From contig JBIIRD010000028.1 in NCBI GenBank assembly GCA_044341745.1, positions 34-64,033 on the forward strand: a stretch of 64,000 bases of DNA. The letters are read 5' to 3'. Position 1 is the first letter of the stretch. Each line of letters starts with the position of its first letter. This document shows, piece by piece, positions 17,215 through 25,859 of the stretch. The notes beneath the pieces are model-generated. The model did no database searches, was not told where the DNA came from, and worked only from the letters and a program-made list of their open reading frames with translations. The DNA comes from Prosthecobacter sp. (GTDB taxonomy: Bacteria > Verrucomicrobiota > Verrucomicrobiia > Verrucomicrobiales > Verrucomicrobiaceae). The translations under genes were made by a program, and so were the position numbers.

Positions 17215-20200
17215 TTAGCGCGTGGAGGACATGGTCATGGAAACATTTCCCGAAACCTGGGCCTCTTCTGCTCCGACGGCTGGAAACTCGTTCATGAGGA
17301 AGTAGCCGAGCCCCACAAGGCCCTCGCCATCATTCACAATCACGGCCTGATAGGAGGCTTTGCGGGTCACGCCGGACTTCTTCACCTGGAAGGAACCTTG
17401 GAACAGGCCTGAAGTGGAGGTCAGGGCGAAGGTGACGGAGCAGGGATTGGCCGGAAAACGTGCCGCGCCGGATGCCGAAAGCGAGCCATTCACGTCCGGG
17501 GACGCCTGCACTCCGTCCAGCGCCTCATGATCCAAGGCGAGGTGAAGGCTGGACGCCGGGGGGGCAACGTATTTCCCGCCGATGACCTCGAGGTCCACGG
17601 GGCCGAAGCCGTTTGGATAAAGCTTGGTGGCTGTGGGGGTGCGGTACCAGGAAGCCTGGGATCCCTCCAGGCGGTGCTCAGGGCCGCCGTCCATGACGAG
17701 GCGCGCCAGGAAGGATCCTGAAAGCGAGGTGACCGCCCGCAGGACGGATGCCTTGCTGTTCCAGACCATGCCTGTCCTGGAGCGCAGCACCTGCTGCAGA
17801 CTGATGCCCCCGTCGTTTTCCACGGGCCGGGAGAAGGTGAGCGAGGTGTCGTCGGCAAGCTTCACCGTGCCGGTGGCGAGGCCGTTGGCCGCAACCTGAA
17901 AGCTGCCGAGGCCATGGCCTGAAGGTGCATCGGCTTCAACATCGCGCAGGCGGAGGGCGAAGGTGTGCCTTCCCTGGTAGGGGCCTGGAGCGGTGCTGGG
18001 CAGCCTGAGTTCCAGGGACACGGCTTCCTGGTCATCATCAAGCTCGCCCGTCATGCGGCCGGATGAGATGTTGTAGTTCAGCGTCAGGCTCAGGGGCTGT
18101 CGGCCGGGCCTTGTCAGGATCACGGTGCCAGAGGGCCTGCCGTCCAGTCCGGTCAGGATGCCGGAGAAGGTGCGCCGGCTGTCACCGAGCTGCATTGTGC
18201 CGGTCAGCGCCCCCAGTTTGGACACCGTGACGGAAAGGCTGCCGCCGAGCAATTCATTCAGCGAAATGGAACGCGGGATGTTGCCGGTGAAGGTTCCGAC
18301 CAGCCCTGTGGGAAGCGCGTTGATCACCAGTGTGGTGCGGAAAGGCTCGGAGCGCCCTGCTGCGTTGGCGACTCGGATGACGAGGGGGAAGCTGCCGCTT
18401 TTCAGTGGGCGGCCGGAGATCACACCGGTGGAGGTTTTGACGGAAAGCCCGGGCGGCAGGCCGGTGACATTGACAAGGGCAGGGGCGTTGTCGACGACTA
18501 GCGTGTGGTTGTAAGGCTGGCCGATCAAACCCACAGGCAACGGCCCTGTGTCGGAGATGGAAGGGGTGTCGAGCACCAGGACCTGGGCGGAAAGGCTGTC
18601 CACACGGCCGGCGGCGTTGCGGACCCGGACGTGATAGAGGCCGGAATCGCGAGGGGAAGCCCCTGCCACTTCAAGCACGGGCACCACGGCGTCATTGAGT
18701 TGAACGCCGTCCTTGAACCATTGGTATTCGAGTTCGGGCCCGCTGGCCGCCACGCGCAGCTTGAAGGTCTTTCCATTCACCAGGGTGATGTCTGTCGGCT
18801 GGGAGGTGATTCTGGGTGCGGCGAGCACGGGAGCCCTCGTGGTGTAGCTGTAGCGGAAGCCCTGCCGGTTCGGGTTCGTGGCCGGTGCGTTGCTGCCCAG
18901 GGCGAGGGTGTAGTTGCCGGGCGGCAGGGTCCAGGCACGGCTGATGCGTGAGCGGGTGCTGTTGTCGACATGATCCATGTAGGTCAGGTCCTCGGCCCAG
19001 TCGATGTTGCCACGGTTGTTGTAGGTGTGGAAGTCGCCGCCGTCGTTGTCCCAGCCCCTCCAGAGGGTCATGCTGGGAAACATGCTGCTGGTGTCGGCCT
19101 TCCGGTCCGGATTGTCCACGCTCGGCCAGGGCACGCTGGCATCGCGCTCCACGGTGAATTCAAATGTCAGCGTCTGGGTGACGGTCAGGGCGATCCAGTT
19201 GGAGGTGTGGGTCCAGCCGACGGGCTGGCTGCCCTGGCCGGGATTGCCGAACAGGGCGTTGTCCTCCCAGCTCCAGGCGCCCACATGATCGCTGTACTTG
19301 CCACTGCTGCTGTCCGGCCCAAGCACAAAGGTCATGTTGTAGCCAATGCCCCCTGTCGATGGGGCACCTTCAGGATAGGTGTTGGCGACAGGATCCCCTC
19401 CCGAGGCGCCCGGGTTTCCTGTCATCACGGAATAAGACATTTTGAAGCCCTGGCGGTTTGGGTTGATTGCCGGCGCATTGCTGCCCAGAACCAGGGAATA
19501 CTGACCGGCCGGCAGCCTCCAGGTGCGGGAGATGGTGGTGTCGGTGCTGTTGTCGATGTGATCGACGTAGCTCAGGTCTTCGGCCCAGGAGACGTGGCCG
19601 CGGTTGTTGTAGGTGTGGGAGTCGCTGCCGTCATTGTCCCAGCCCTTCCAGAGGGTCATGCTGGGGAACATGCTGCTGGTGTCGGCCTTGCGGTCCAGAT
19701 TGTCCATGCTCGGCCAGGGCACCTGAGCGTCCCTTTCCAGGGTGATGGTCAGGAGCGAGGCTTCCTCCAGGTTGACGGCAGTCCAGCAGGAGGTGTGGGT
19801 CCATCCGACAGGCTGGGCGCCCTGGCCGGGATTGCCAAAGAGGGCGTTGTCCTCCCAGCTCCAGGCGCCGACATGGTCGGAGAGGCTGCCGGAGTCACCG
19901 TTGCCAAGCAGGAGGGTGTGGGCATAACCGACACCCCCGGTGGAGGGGGCGTCCTCCGGGTAGGTGTTGGGCACAGGGTCGGACTTGGAAACTGTTGCCG
20001 AACTGTAGGTCAGCTTGAAGCCCTGGCGGTCCAGGTTCGTGGCCGGTGCATTGCTGCCCAGGGCCAGCGTGTAGTCCCCGGCGGGCAGGAAGTAGGTGCG
20101 GGTGATGCTGGTGGCGGTGCTGTTGTCGTAGTGGTCGCGGTAGGTGAGCTTTTCGGCCCAGCTGACATTGCCCCGGTTATTGTAGCTGTGGGAGTCGCCA

Positions 20201-21159
20201 CCGTCATTGTCCCAGCCGTTCCAGAGGGTGAAGCTGGGGAACATGCTGCTGGTGTCTGCGAGCCGGTCAGGAAGTTCAGGCGAGGGCCAGGGGACGGAAG
20301 CATCACGTTCCATGGTCAGGGTGAAGATTGTGGCGCGGGAGACGCGCAGCGCCATCCAGCAGGAGGTGTGGGTCCAGCCGACGGGCTGCGTGCCCTGGCC
20401 GGGGTTGCCAAACAGGGCGTTGTCCTCCCAGCTCCAGGCTCCGACATGGTTGGAGAAGCTGCCTGAGGACGTGCCGTCGGTGATGACGGTTCGGGTGTAG
20501 CCAATGCCACCGGCCTGGGGGTCGAAGGCGGCGGTCATCGAGGATGTCAGGGTGCATTTGAAGCCCTGGCGGTTGAGATTGGTGGCCGGAGCGTTGCTGC
20601 CCAGGACCAGCGTGTAGAGGCCGGCCGGCAGCAGATAGCTGCGGGTGATGCTGGTGGCGGTGCTGTTGTCGTAGTGGTCGCGGTAGGTGAGCTTCTCGGC
20701 CCAGCTGACATTGCCCCGGTTGTTGTAAGTGTGCAGGACGTCGCCATCCCTGTCCCAGCCGTTCCAGAGAGTGAAACTGGGGAACATGCTGCTGATGTCC
20801 GCCTTCCTGTCCGGATCGGAGACATCAGGCCAGGGTACGTTGGCGTCCCGTTCCAGCTTGACGACGAGGACCGTCGGCTGGGTGAGTGACAGGCCCACCC
20901 AGCGTGAGGTGTGGGTCCAGCCGACCGGCTGGGTGCCCTGTCCGGGGTTGCCGAACAAAGAGTTGTCCTCCCAGCTCCAGGCCCCTGCATGATCGGAGAA
21001 TTCCGCCAGATCGTTGCCGGTCATCGAGACCATGCGGGAGTAGGGAACTCCGACTTCGGAGGGTTCGGGACTGCTGATGTCGGCAGAGCGGAGAGTTCCG
21101 GCAATGCAAAGCGCTCCGCACAAGGCGTGCCGGAGCAGGTGGGGCATGGGGATGTTCAT
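17215..21159 (-). CDS. Giant secreted protein 2: four tandem ~190-aa repeats, Ig-like domains, shared C-terminal module
   Basis: 1314 aa with a signal peptide. Four repeats each contain H(A/V)GAWSWEDNxLFGNPGQGxQPVGWTHTSxW ... SSMFPSxTLWxGWDxDG ... YNNRGN ... LGSNAPAxNxNRQGF. Then an I-set-like Ig domain (YQWFKDG...GLYHVRVRNAAG), a He_PIG/cadherin-like Ig domain, and the C-terminal module. Confidence 0.9.
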   Translation of the reverse strand: MNIPMPHLLRHALCGALCIAGTLRSADISSPEPSEVGVPYSRMVSMTGNDLAEFSDHAGAWSWEDNSLFGNPGQGTQPVGWTHTSRWVGLSLTQPTVLVVKLERDANVPWPDVSDPDRKADISSMFPSFTLWNGWDRDGDVLHTYNNRGNVSWAEKLTYRDHYDNSTATSITRSYLLPAGLYTLVLGSNAPATNLNRQGFKCTLTSSMTAAFDPQAGGIGYTRTVITDGTSSGSFSNHVGAWSWEDNALFGNPGQGTQPVGWTHTSCWMALRVSRATIFTLTMERDASVPWPSPELPDRLADTSSMFPSFTLWNGWDNDGGDSHSYNNRGNVSWAEKLTYRDHYDNSTATSITRTYFLPAGDYTLALGSNAPATNLDRQGFKLTYSSATVSKSDPVPNTYPEDAPSTGGVGYAHTLLLGNGDSGSLSDHVGAWSWEDNALFGNPGQGAQPVGWTHTSCWTAVNLEEASLLTITLERDAQVPWPSMDNLDRKADTSSMFPSMTLWKGWDNDGSDSHTYNNRGHVSWAEDLSYVDHIDNSTDTTISRTWRLPAGQYSLVLGSNAPAINPNRQGFKMSYSVMTGNPGASGGDPVANTYPEGAPSTGGIGYNMTFVLGPDSSSGKYSDHVGAWSWEDNALFGNPGQGSQPVGWTHTSNWIALTVTQTLTFEFTVERDASVPWPSVDNPDRKADTSSMFPSMTLWRGWDNDGGDFHTYNNRGNIDWAEDLTYMDHVDNSTRSRISRAWTLPPGNYTLALGSNAPATNPNRQGFRYSYTTRAPVLAAPRITSQPTDITLVNGKTFKLRVAASGPELEYQWFKDGVQLNDAVVPVLEVAGASPRDSGLYHVRVRNAAGRVDSLSAQVLVLDTPSISDTGPLPVGLIGQPYNHTLVVDNAPALVNVTGLPPGLSVKTSTGVISGRPLKSGSFPLVIRVANAAGRSEPFRTTLVINALPTGLVGTFTGNIPRSISLNELLGGSLSVTVSKLGALTGTMQLGDSRRTFSGILTGLDGRPSGTVILTRPGRQPLSLTLNYNISSGRMTGELDDDQEAVSLELRLPSTAPGPYQGRHTFALRLRDVEADAPSGHGLGSFQVAANGLATGTVKLADDTSLTFSRPVENDGGISLQQVLRSRTGMVWNSKASVLRAVTSLSGSFLARLVMDGGPEHRLEGSQASWYRTPTATKLYPNGFGPVDLEVIGGKYVAPPASSLHLALDHEALDGVQASPDVNGSLSASGAARFPANPCSVTFALTSTSGLFQGSFQVKKSGVTRKASYQAVIVNDGEGLVGLGYFLMNEFPAVGAEEAQVSGNVSMTMSSTR
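17218..18318 (-). other. Shared C-terminal module (copy in giant 2)
   Basis: Begins LVGTFTGNIPRSISLNELLGGSLSVTVSKLGALTGTMQLG and ends SGLFQGSFQVKKSGVTRKASYQAVIV...GLGYFLMNEFP. Confidence 0.7.
18835..21054 (-). repeat. Intragenic tandem repeat array (4 units of ~545-590 nt)
   Basis: The conserved His of the HxGAWSWEDN motif falls at aa 57, 238, 429 and 625 (periods of 181, 191 and 196 aa). DNA-level similarity is visible as recurring shadow-frame peptides (PTGW.PWPGLPNRALSSQLQAPT) in four off-frame ORFs. Confidence 0.9.
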
Positions 21160-21189
21160 TTCGTGGAGGGGGAGAGGTTTGAAAAGCGG

Positions 21190-24100
21190 TCAGGGATTCG
21201 TGTCGGACAGCTCGACACGGCCGGAAAGGATGCGGGTGGTCGTCGGAGTTGTTTTGGGGGAGGCGGCAGGCATCTCTGCGAGGTTGAAGAAACCATAGCC
21301 AGCGGGGCCGCCGCCATCGTCGACAATCATGCCCAGGAAGGTGGCGCTGCGCGGGAGGTCCTTGGCCGGAGATACGCTTGTGTCGGAGTCCACCAGCTTG
21401 AAGCTGCCCTGAAAGGCCCCGGTGACGCCGGGTGTGAACGTGGTGCCGCTGCCGGGGGTGAGGGTGAGCTTCACCTGGCCCGGGTTGCTATCCGGCGGGT
21501 CCAGTTTCGCGGGGCTTCCCTTGAGGATTTCAAAGGGGTTCCAGTCCAGGCGTGTTGCGGGTGAGGGGGCCCTGCCTTCCCGGAAGGTCAGGCGTGCGTT
21601 GCCCGCACCGGCGAGAAGACCCATGGCAATGTCGTCCTTGCCGGGAATCTCATAAGCACCGCCCAGGGTCACGAGACTGAGCGGAGCCGGGTTGAGCGGG
21701 TCAAGGCTCAGAGGATCAAAGCCGTCCTTGTAGCTGCGAGTGGTGGCAGTTTGCCGGGGCTTGTACCAGCTCATGGCGGAGGTGTTGAGGCAGCCCGCTC
21801 CACCACCGATGATCTCCAGGGTGCCAAGCAGGGAGCCCGTTTTTGAATAAAGCAGGGTGAAAACGGGGAGGCGACCGCCCTGGCCAAGCGTGCCTGAAAG
21901 AGTGACAGGTGCGGAATTGTCGGCCAGACGCACCACGCCGCTGACGGCGCCCTTGCTGCTGACCTTGAAGGCTCCAAAGCTGTGACCCTGGGGTTTGTTG
22001 TCATCGCCGAGGTCCCCGGCACCGAGTTTCATGGCGAAGGTGTAGCCGTTCACATAGGGGGCGGGGGCGGAGGCGGGAAGCCGCGCATCCAGGAGCAGGG
22101 TGACACCGTCGGACTTGATCTCGCCGGTGAGACGCCTGGATGAGCGCAGAAGGGTGAAGGTGATGTCGATGTCAGGAAGATCCTTGCGGATGATGGTTGC
22201 CTCACCCGCGGGGTCCGCATCAGGCAGGACGGCGAGCTCGCCCTTGAAGCTGTGCTTGACGGTGCCGAGGCTGAGGGTTCCGGAGAAGGTGCCGAGTTTG
22301 GTTGTGGTCACCGTCAGCAGTCCTCCAAGATTGCGGTTGAGCGCGGCTGAGGCGTGACGTGGCACGATGCCCTGGAACACACCGAGGGAATCCGCAGGGA
22401 AGGGGTCAACCCTGACCTCCTTGACCTTGTCGTAACCGGTGCCCGCAGCGTTGGCGGCCTTGATGCGGACGAAGTAGGTTTTCGCGGTGGTGGGCCTGCC
22501 GGTGATGGCGCCGGTGGCGGGGTTGAGCTTCAGTCCTGCGGGCAGGTCCGTTGCAAAATATTTGGTTGGGCCGTTGCTGGCGCTGACCTGGGCGGTGTAG
22601 TTCTGCCCGACGATCGCGTCAGGCAGGAGGAGGTCATCCATGACGGGCCAGGGAAGGATGGTCACGGTGGCGTCCTGGCTGGTCGATCCGCCGGCGTCAT
22701 TGTAGACACGCACGGAGTAGCTGCCGGCCTGGGCGGTGTCGAGGGTGGTGAGCACCAGGGTGCTCTTGGTGGCGCCACTGATTTCGGAGGTGCCCTTGCG
22801 CCACTGATATTTCAGGCCGGTGCCGCTGGCGGTGACGGCCAGGGTGACCTTGGTGCCCTGCTTGACGGTGACGGAGGCGGGATGCTTCTTGATTTCAGGG
22901 ACAGGCAGGACGTTGACCGTGGCGATGCTGCTGGTGACGCTGCCCGCGCCGTTGGTGATGACGACCTTGTAGCCGCCGCCGTCGGAGGTGGAGGCCGGGG
23001 CTAGGTCGAGCACGGGGGAGTCACCGCCGACGTTCGTGGTGCCGCGCTTCCACTGGTAGGAGAGTCCCATGCCGTCCGCGATGACCTTGAGCTGAACCGC
23101 CGCTCCGGGAACCACCGTGGTGCCGACAGGCTGTCTGCGGATGATGGCCTTGCCGTTGACCAGGCCGGGGTTGGGATCGTCCTTGTCGAGGAAGCCGTCT
23201 TCGTCCTCGTCGCCGCCAAAGCGGCTGCCTGCGCCGGGAAGCACACCCATGAAGCTGAGCCAGTCACCGGAGGCGAGGGAGCTGAGGAGTGCGGAACGGG
23301 ACAGCGGCGCGTCGGAGGCCCTGTCGGAACGATAGGCGCCTGATTTCCAGAGGTAGGAGCGGGGCTCGCCGCCGATGAAGCCGCGGGCGACGAGGTCGCA
23401 GTCGTAAAAACCGATGGCGTCCGGGATGGTGCGGGATTCGAGCAGGGCGAGCTCGGAGGTGACCGATGGCTGGGATCGGTTGGCGGTGGTGACGGTGGGG
23501 CCATAGCCGACCGTGGGTGCGGTGCCGGTGTCGAAGCAGTTGAGGAAGGCCGTTACGTCCGCGAACTCCTGCGGCGTCTCCAGCAGGTCGAGAACATAGG
23601 GATGGACGATGGGCATGACATAGCCTGTGCCGTCATGAAGAAGGCCGAAACCGCTGAGCGACTCGGCGCCGGCGCGACCATCATAAAACTGACGCTGATA
23701 GAGGGTGCGGAGCGGCGGGTTCTTGACCGGCTGGCTCAGGCCCGCCTCCTGCGGCAGGTCGATGTTGTGGTTGCTGCCGTCGGGGTGGATGTGGCAGGTG
23801 ATGCAGTGGCTCTTGACGTGGCTGTTGAACAGGTCGCGTCCCTCCTCGGGAATGCCGGAGCCAAGCGTGGCGGGCAGGCTGCGGTCAAGGTTGCGGTTGG
23901 GGTTGGCGTGATGAACGACGGACATCAGGTAGTCCGCCATGTTGTCGATGTCGTCCTTGGACAGCTCGGAGCCGCCCATGAGGTTGTGGAAGGTGCCGTT
24001 GAAGCTTTGCAGCGTCGGCTTGTCCCCCCGCCAGTGGAAGGGGGCTCCCGCCTGCATGCCGCGCAGGGTCTGCGTGGTCATCGGCCCCTTCATCGGGTGC

Positions 24101-25533
24101 ATGTCATAAGGCCGTGGTGTCGTGTCATGGACGGAAAGGTTGGCGCCAAAGACGGTGACCATGCTGCCGCCAGGGTCACCGAGGTCCCAGGCGAGGCCGT
24201 CACGGTCGGCGTCGAGGTGGCACATGCCGCAGGAGTTGGTGCCGTTGCCGGAGAGACGTGCGTCAAAAAGCTGTCCGCGCCCCTTGCGGATGAGAGCCGG
24301 GACCGGGTCGCTGGCGCCGAGGGCGACCTCGGCCTCCAGCGCGAAGCTCGTGGTGTTGATGACGGAGACCGAGCTGGAGATCTTGTTGAGCGTGTAGAGC
24401 CTGCCCCGCACCTCGTCGAGCACCAGGCCGCGTGGGCCGCGCATGGCGGAGGCGCTGGTGTCCGCGCCGGTGCGGATGTCGATGCGCTGAAGCACGCCGC
24501 CGGTGGCCGGATCGATCTTGGCGATGCGGTCGGAGGCGAAGGCGGCGGTCCAGGCGCTGGAGCCGTCGGCGGAGAACACGAGGCTGGCCGGCTGGGCGAG
24601 AGCGACAGAGCGTGCGGGCTCGTTGGGAAGGGTGTTGTAGTCGATGCCGGGGTTGAGGTCGTGAACCGTCACGTCGGAGGGGGTGACGACGGAAAGGCGG
24701 CTGTCGACGAAGTGGCCGCGCAGGGTGGGTTCGAAGCGGACAAGGTTGAGCGAGTCGGTGTTGGCGACCCAGAGCTCGTCCGTGCCAGGGCGGCAGGCGA
24801 GGTCAAAGAGGTTGGTGCCGACGTCACTGATGTAGCGGACCACGGCGCGGGTGGTGGTGTCGATCTCCGCCACGTCCTGGTCGAGGATGATGTTAGGCAC
24901 ATCGGGGTGGCTGGCGGCGACGATCTGGGCGGTGTCGGGGGCTTCGGGCAGGGCGGGATTGGCTGGCGCCGGCTGTGGTGGCGCCTTCTGGCGGGGCAGG
25001 ACGGTGGTGCGGTTTCCGGAGAGGAGGAAGGCGGCGTAGACGCGGGTGCCGTCGGGGCTCAGGGAGAGCGCGTGGGGATAGACGCCGTTGAGGGGGATGG
25101 TGGCGACGGCGGCGCGGGAGGCGGCGTCGTAGACACGGATTTGGTTGGCGCGTGCGCAGGCAATCCAGGCCTGGCCGCCGACAAAAAGCACGTCGGTGGG
25201 CTCGTCGCCTGTGCGCAGGGTCTCGATGACGGCGCTGGTGGAAAGGCTGAGGATGGAGACGGTGTCAGCGGCCTCGTTGACAACCCAGACCTCGTCATTG
25301 GTGCGGGCGCGGACGGTGACGGGTTCGAGACCGACCGGGATCTGGGCCACCCGGGACGGGGTGGCGCCGCTGAGGTCGAAGACCGTCACCCTGGCGCTGG
25401 GCGAGTCGGCGGCGATGAGGCGGGAGCCGTCGGGCGTCATTGCGAGAGGGTGTACCTGGCGCGCCTCGAAGTGCCGCCAGGCGGCTCCGGCATGGCCGGC
25501 CAGGAGCAGGGGGATGAGCAGGAGTGTTCTCAT
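21190..25533 (-). CDS. Giant secreted protein 1: YncE/YVTN-type beta-propeller, di-haem cytochrome c peroxidase/MauG-like domain, two I-set Ig domains, shared C-terminal module
   Basis: 1447 aa with a signal peptide. Propeller-like repeats (LAMTPDGSRLIAADSPSARVTVFDL, LSLSPDGTRVYAA...). Two CxxCH motifs: CGMCH (nt 24217-24231) and CITCH (nt 23791-23805). A CCP-like PFHWRGDKPTLQSF block. Ig repeats (LSYQWKRG..., LKYQWRKG...GSYSVRVYNDAG). Confidence 0.85.
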   Translation of the reverse strand: MRTLLLIPLLLAGHAGAAWRHFEARQVHPLAMTPDGSRLIAADSPSARVTVFDLSGATPSRVAQIPVGLEPVTVRARTNDEVWVVNEAADTVSILSLSTSAVIETLRTGDEPTDVLFVGGQAWIACARANQIRVYDAASRAAVATIPLNGVYPHALSLSPDGTRVYAAFLLSGNRTTVLPRQKAPPQPAPANPALPEAPDTAQIVAASHPDVPNIILDQDVAEIDTTTRAVVRYISDVGTNLFDLACRPGTDELWVANTDSLNLVRFEPTLRGHFVDSRLSVVTPSDVTVHDLNPGIDYNTLPNEPARSVALAQPASLVFSADGSSAWTAAFASDRIAKIDPATGGVLQRIDIRTGADTSASAMRGPRGLVLDEVRGRLYTLNKISSSVSVINTTSFALEAEVALGASDPVPALIRKGRGQLFDARLSGNGTNSCGMCHLDADRDGLAWDLGDPGGSMVTVFGANLSVHDTTPRPYDMHPMKGPMTTQTLRGMQAGAPFHWRGDKPTLQSFNGTFHNLMGGSELSKDDIDNMADYLMSVVHHANPNRNLDRSLPATLGSGIPEEGRDLFNSHVKSHCITCHIHPDGSNHNIDLPQEAGLSQPVKNPPLRTLYQRQFYDGRAGAESLSGFGLLHDGTGYVMPIVHPYVLDLLETPQEFADVTAFLNCFDTGTAPTVGYGPTVTTANRSQPSVTSELALLESRTIPDAIGFYDCDLVARGFIGGEPRSYLWKSGAYRSDRASDAPLSRSALLSSLASGDWLSFMGVLPGAGSRFGGDEDEDGFLDKDDPNPGLVNGKAIIRRQPVGTTVVPGAAVQLKVIADGMGLSYQWKRGTTNVGGDSPVLDLAPASTSDGGGYKVVITNGAGSVTSSIATVNVLPVPEIKKHPASVTVKQGTKVTLAVTASGTGLKYQWRKGTSEISGATKSTLVLTTLDTAQAGSYSVRVYNDAGGSTSQDATVTILPWPVMDDLLLPDAIVGQNYTAQVSASNGPTKYFATDLPAGLKLNPATGAITGRPTTAKTYFVRIKAANAAGTGYDKVKEVRVDPFPADSLGVFQGIVPRHASAALNRNLGGLLTVTTTKLGTFSGTLSLGTVKHSFKGELAVLPDADPAGEATIIRKDLPDIDITFTLLRSSRRLTGEIKSDGVTLLLDARLPASAPAPYVNGYTFAMKLGAGDLGDDNKPQGHSFGAFKVSSKGAVSGVVRLADNSAPVTLSGTLGQGGRLPVFTLLYSKTGSLLGTLEIIGGGAGCLNTSAMSWYKPRQTATTRSYKDGFDPLSLDPLNPAPLSLVTLGGAYEIPGKDDIAMGLLAGAGNARLTFREGRAPSPATRLDWNPFEILKGSPAKLDPPDSNPGQVKLTLTPGSGTTFTPGVTGAFQGSFKLVDSDTSVSPAKDLPRSATFLGMIVDDGGGPAGYGFFNLAEMPAASPKTTPTTTRILSGRVELSDTNP
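21193..22401 (-). other. Shared C-terminal module (copy in giant 1)
   Basis: Begins LGVFQGIVPRHASAALNRNLGGLLTVTTTKLGTFSGTLSLG and ends GVTGAFQGSFKLVDS...PRSATFLGMIV...GYGFFNLAEMP. Confidence 0.7.
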
Positions 25534-25539
25534 GACGGA

Positions 25540-25845
25540 TCAGCCTTTGACCGGGTCTAACGAACGAATGTTGTATATCTTCGCCTGGGCGCCCAGGGCC
25601 TTCACGGCCTCCTCACGGGTGATCGGGCGGGAGGAGATGATCTGGAGCCTGGGCAGGCCGCCCTTTTGCGGAGAGAGAATGCGGGCCGACTGCACGCCCT
25701 TCACGGTCATCATCGCGGCCTTCACATGGCTGGAGCAGGCGCTGCAGAAGATGCCGGCCACCTCGCCCTCGTAGGTCAGCGCGGGCTCGGCGGCCGGGGC
25801 CAGCCCAACCAACAGTGTAGAAACAAGAAGGAGCAGGGTTTTCAT
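25540..25845 (-). CDS. Exported heavy-metal-associated (HMA)-like small protein
   Basis: 101 aa with a signal peptide. YEGEVAGIFCSACSSHVKAAMMTVKGV resembles the GMxCxxC ferredoxin-like HMA fold. It ends 6 nt before the start of giant 1. Confidence 0.6.
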   Translation of the reverse strand: MKTLLLLVSTLLVGLAPAAEPALTYEGEVAGIFCSACSSHVKAAMMTVKGVQSARILSPQKGGLPRLQIISSRPITREEAVKALGAQAKIYNIRSLDPVKG

Positions 25846-25859
25846 GGCGGGATGGTGGT

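Noticed and set aside
18970-20466. 498-aa plus-strand ORF and several 60-100-aa ORFs repeating PTGW.PWPGLPNRALSSQLQAPT
   Set aside because: They lie inside and opposite the four-fold repeat of the giant-2 gene. The recurring peptide simply reflects the DNA repeat read in wrong frames.
23602-25560. 652-aa plus-strand ORF. Similar large antisense ORFs occur at 32964-34655, 53798-55219, 58879-60087, 28902-30146, 49268-50488, 25866-26921 and 878-1708
   Set aside because: Each overlaps a gene on the opposite strand that has strong family motifs. None has independent support.
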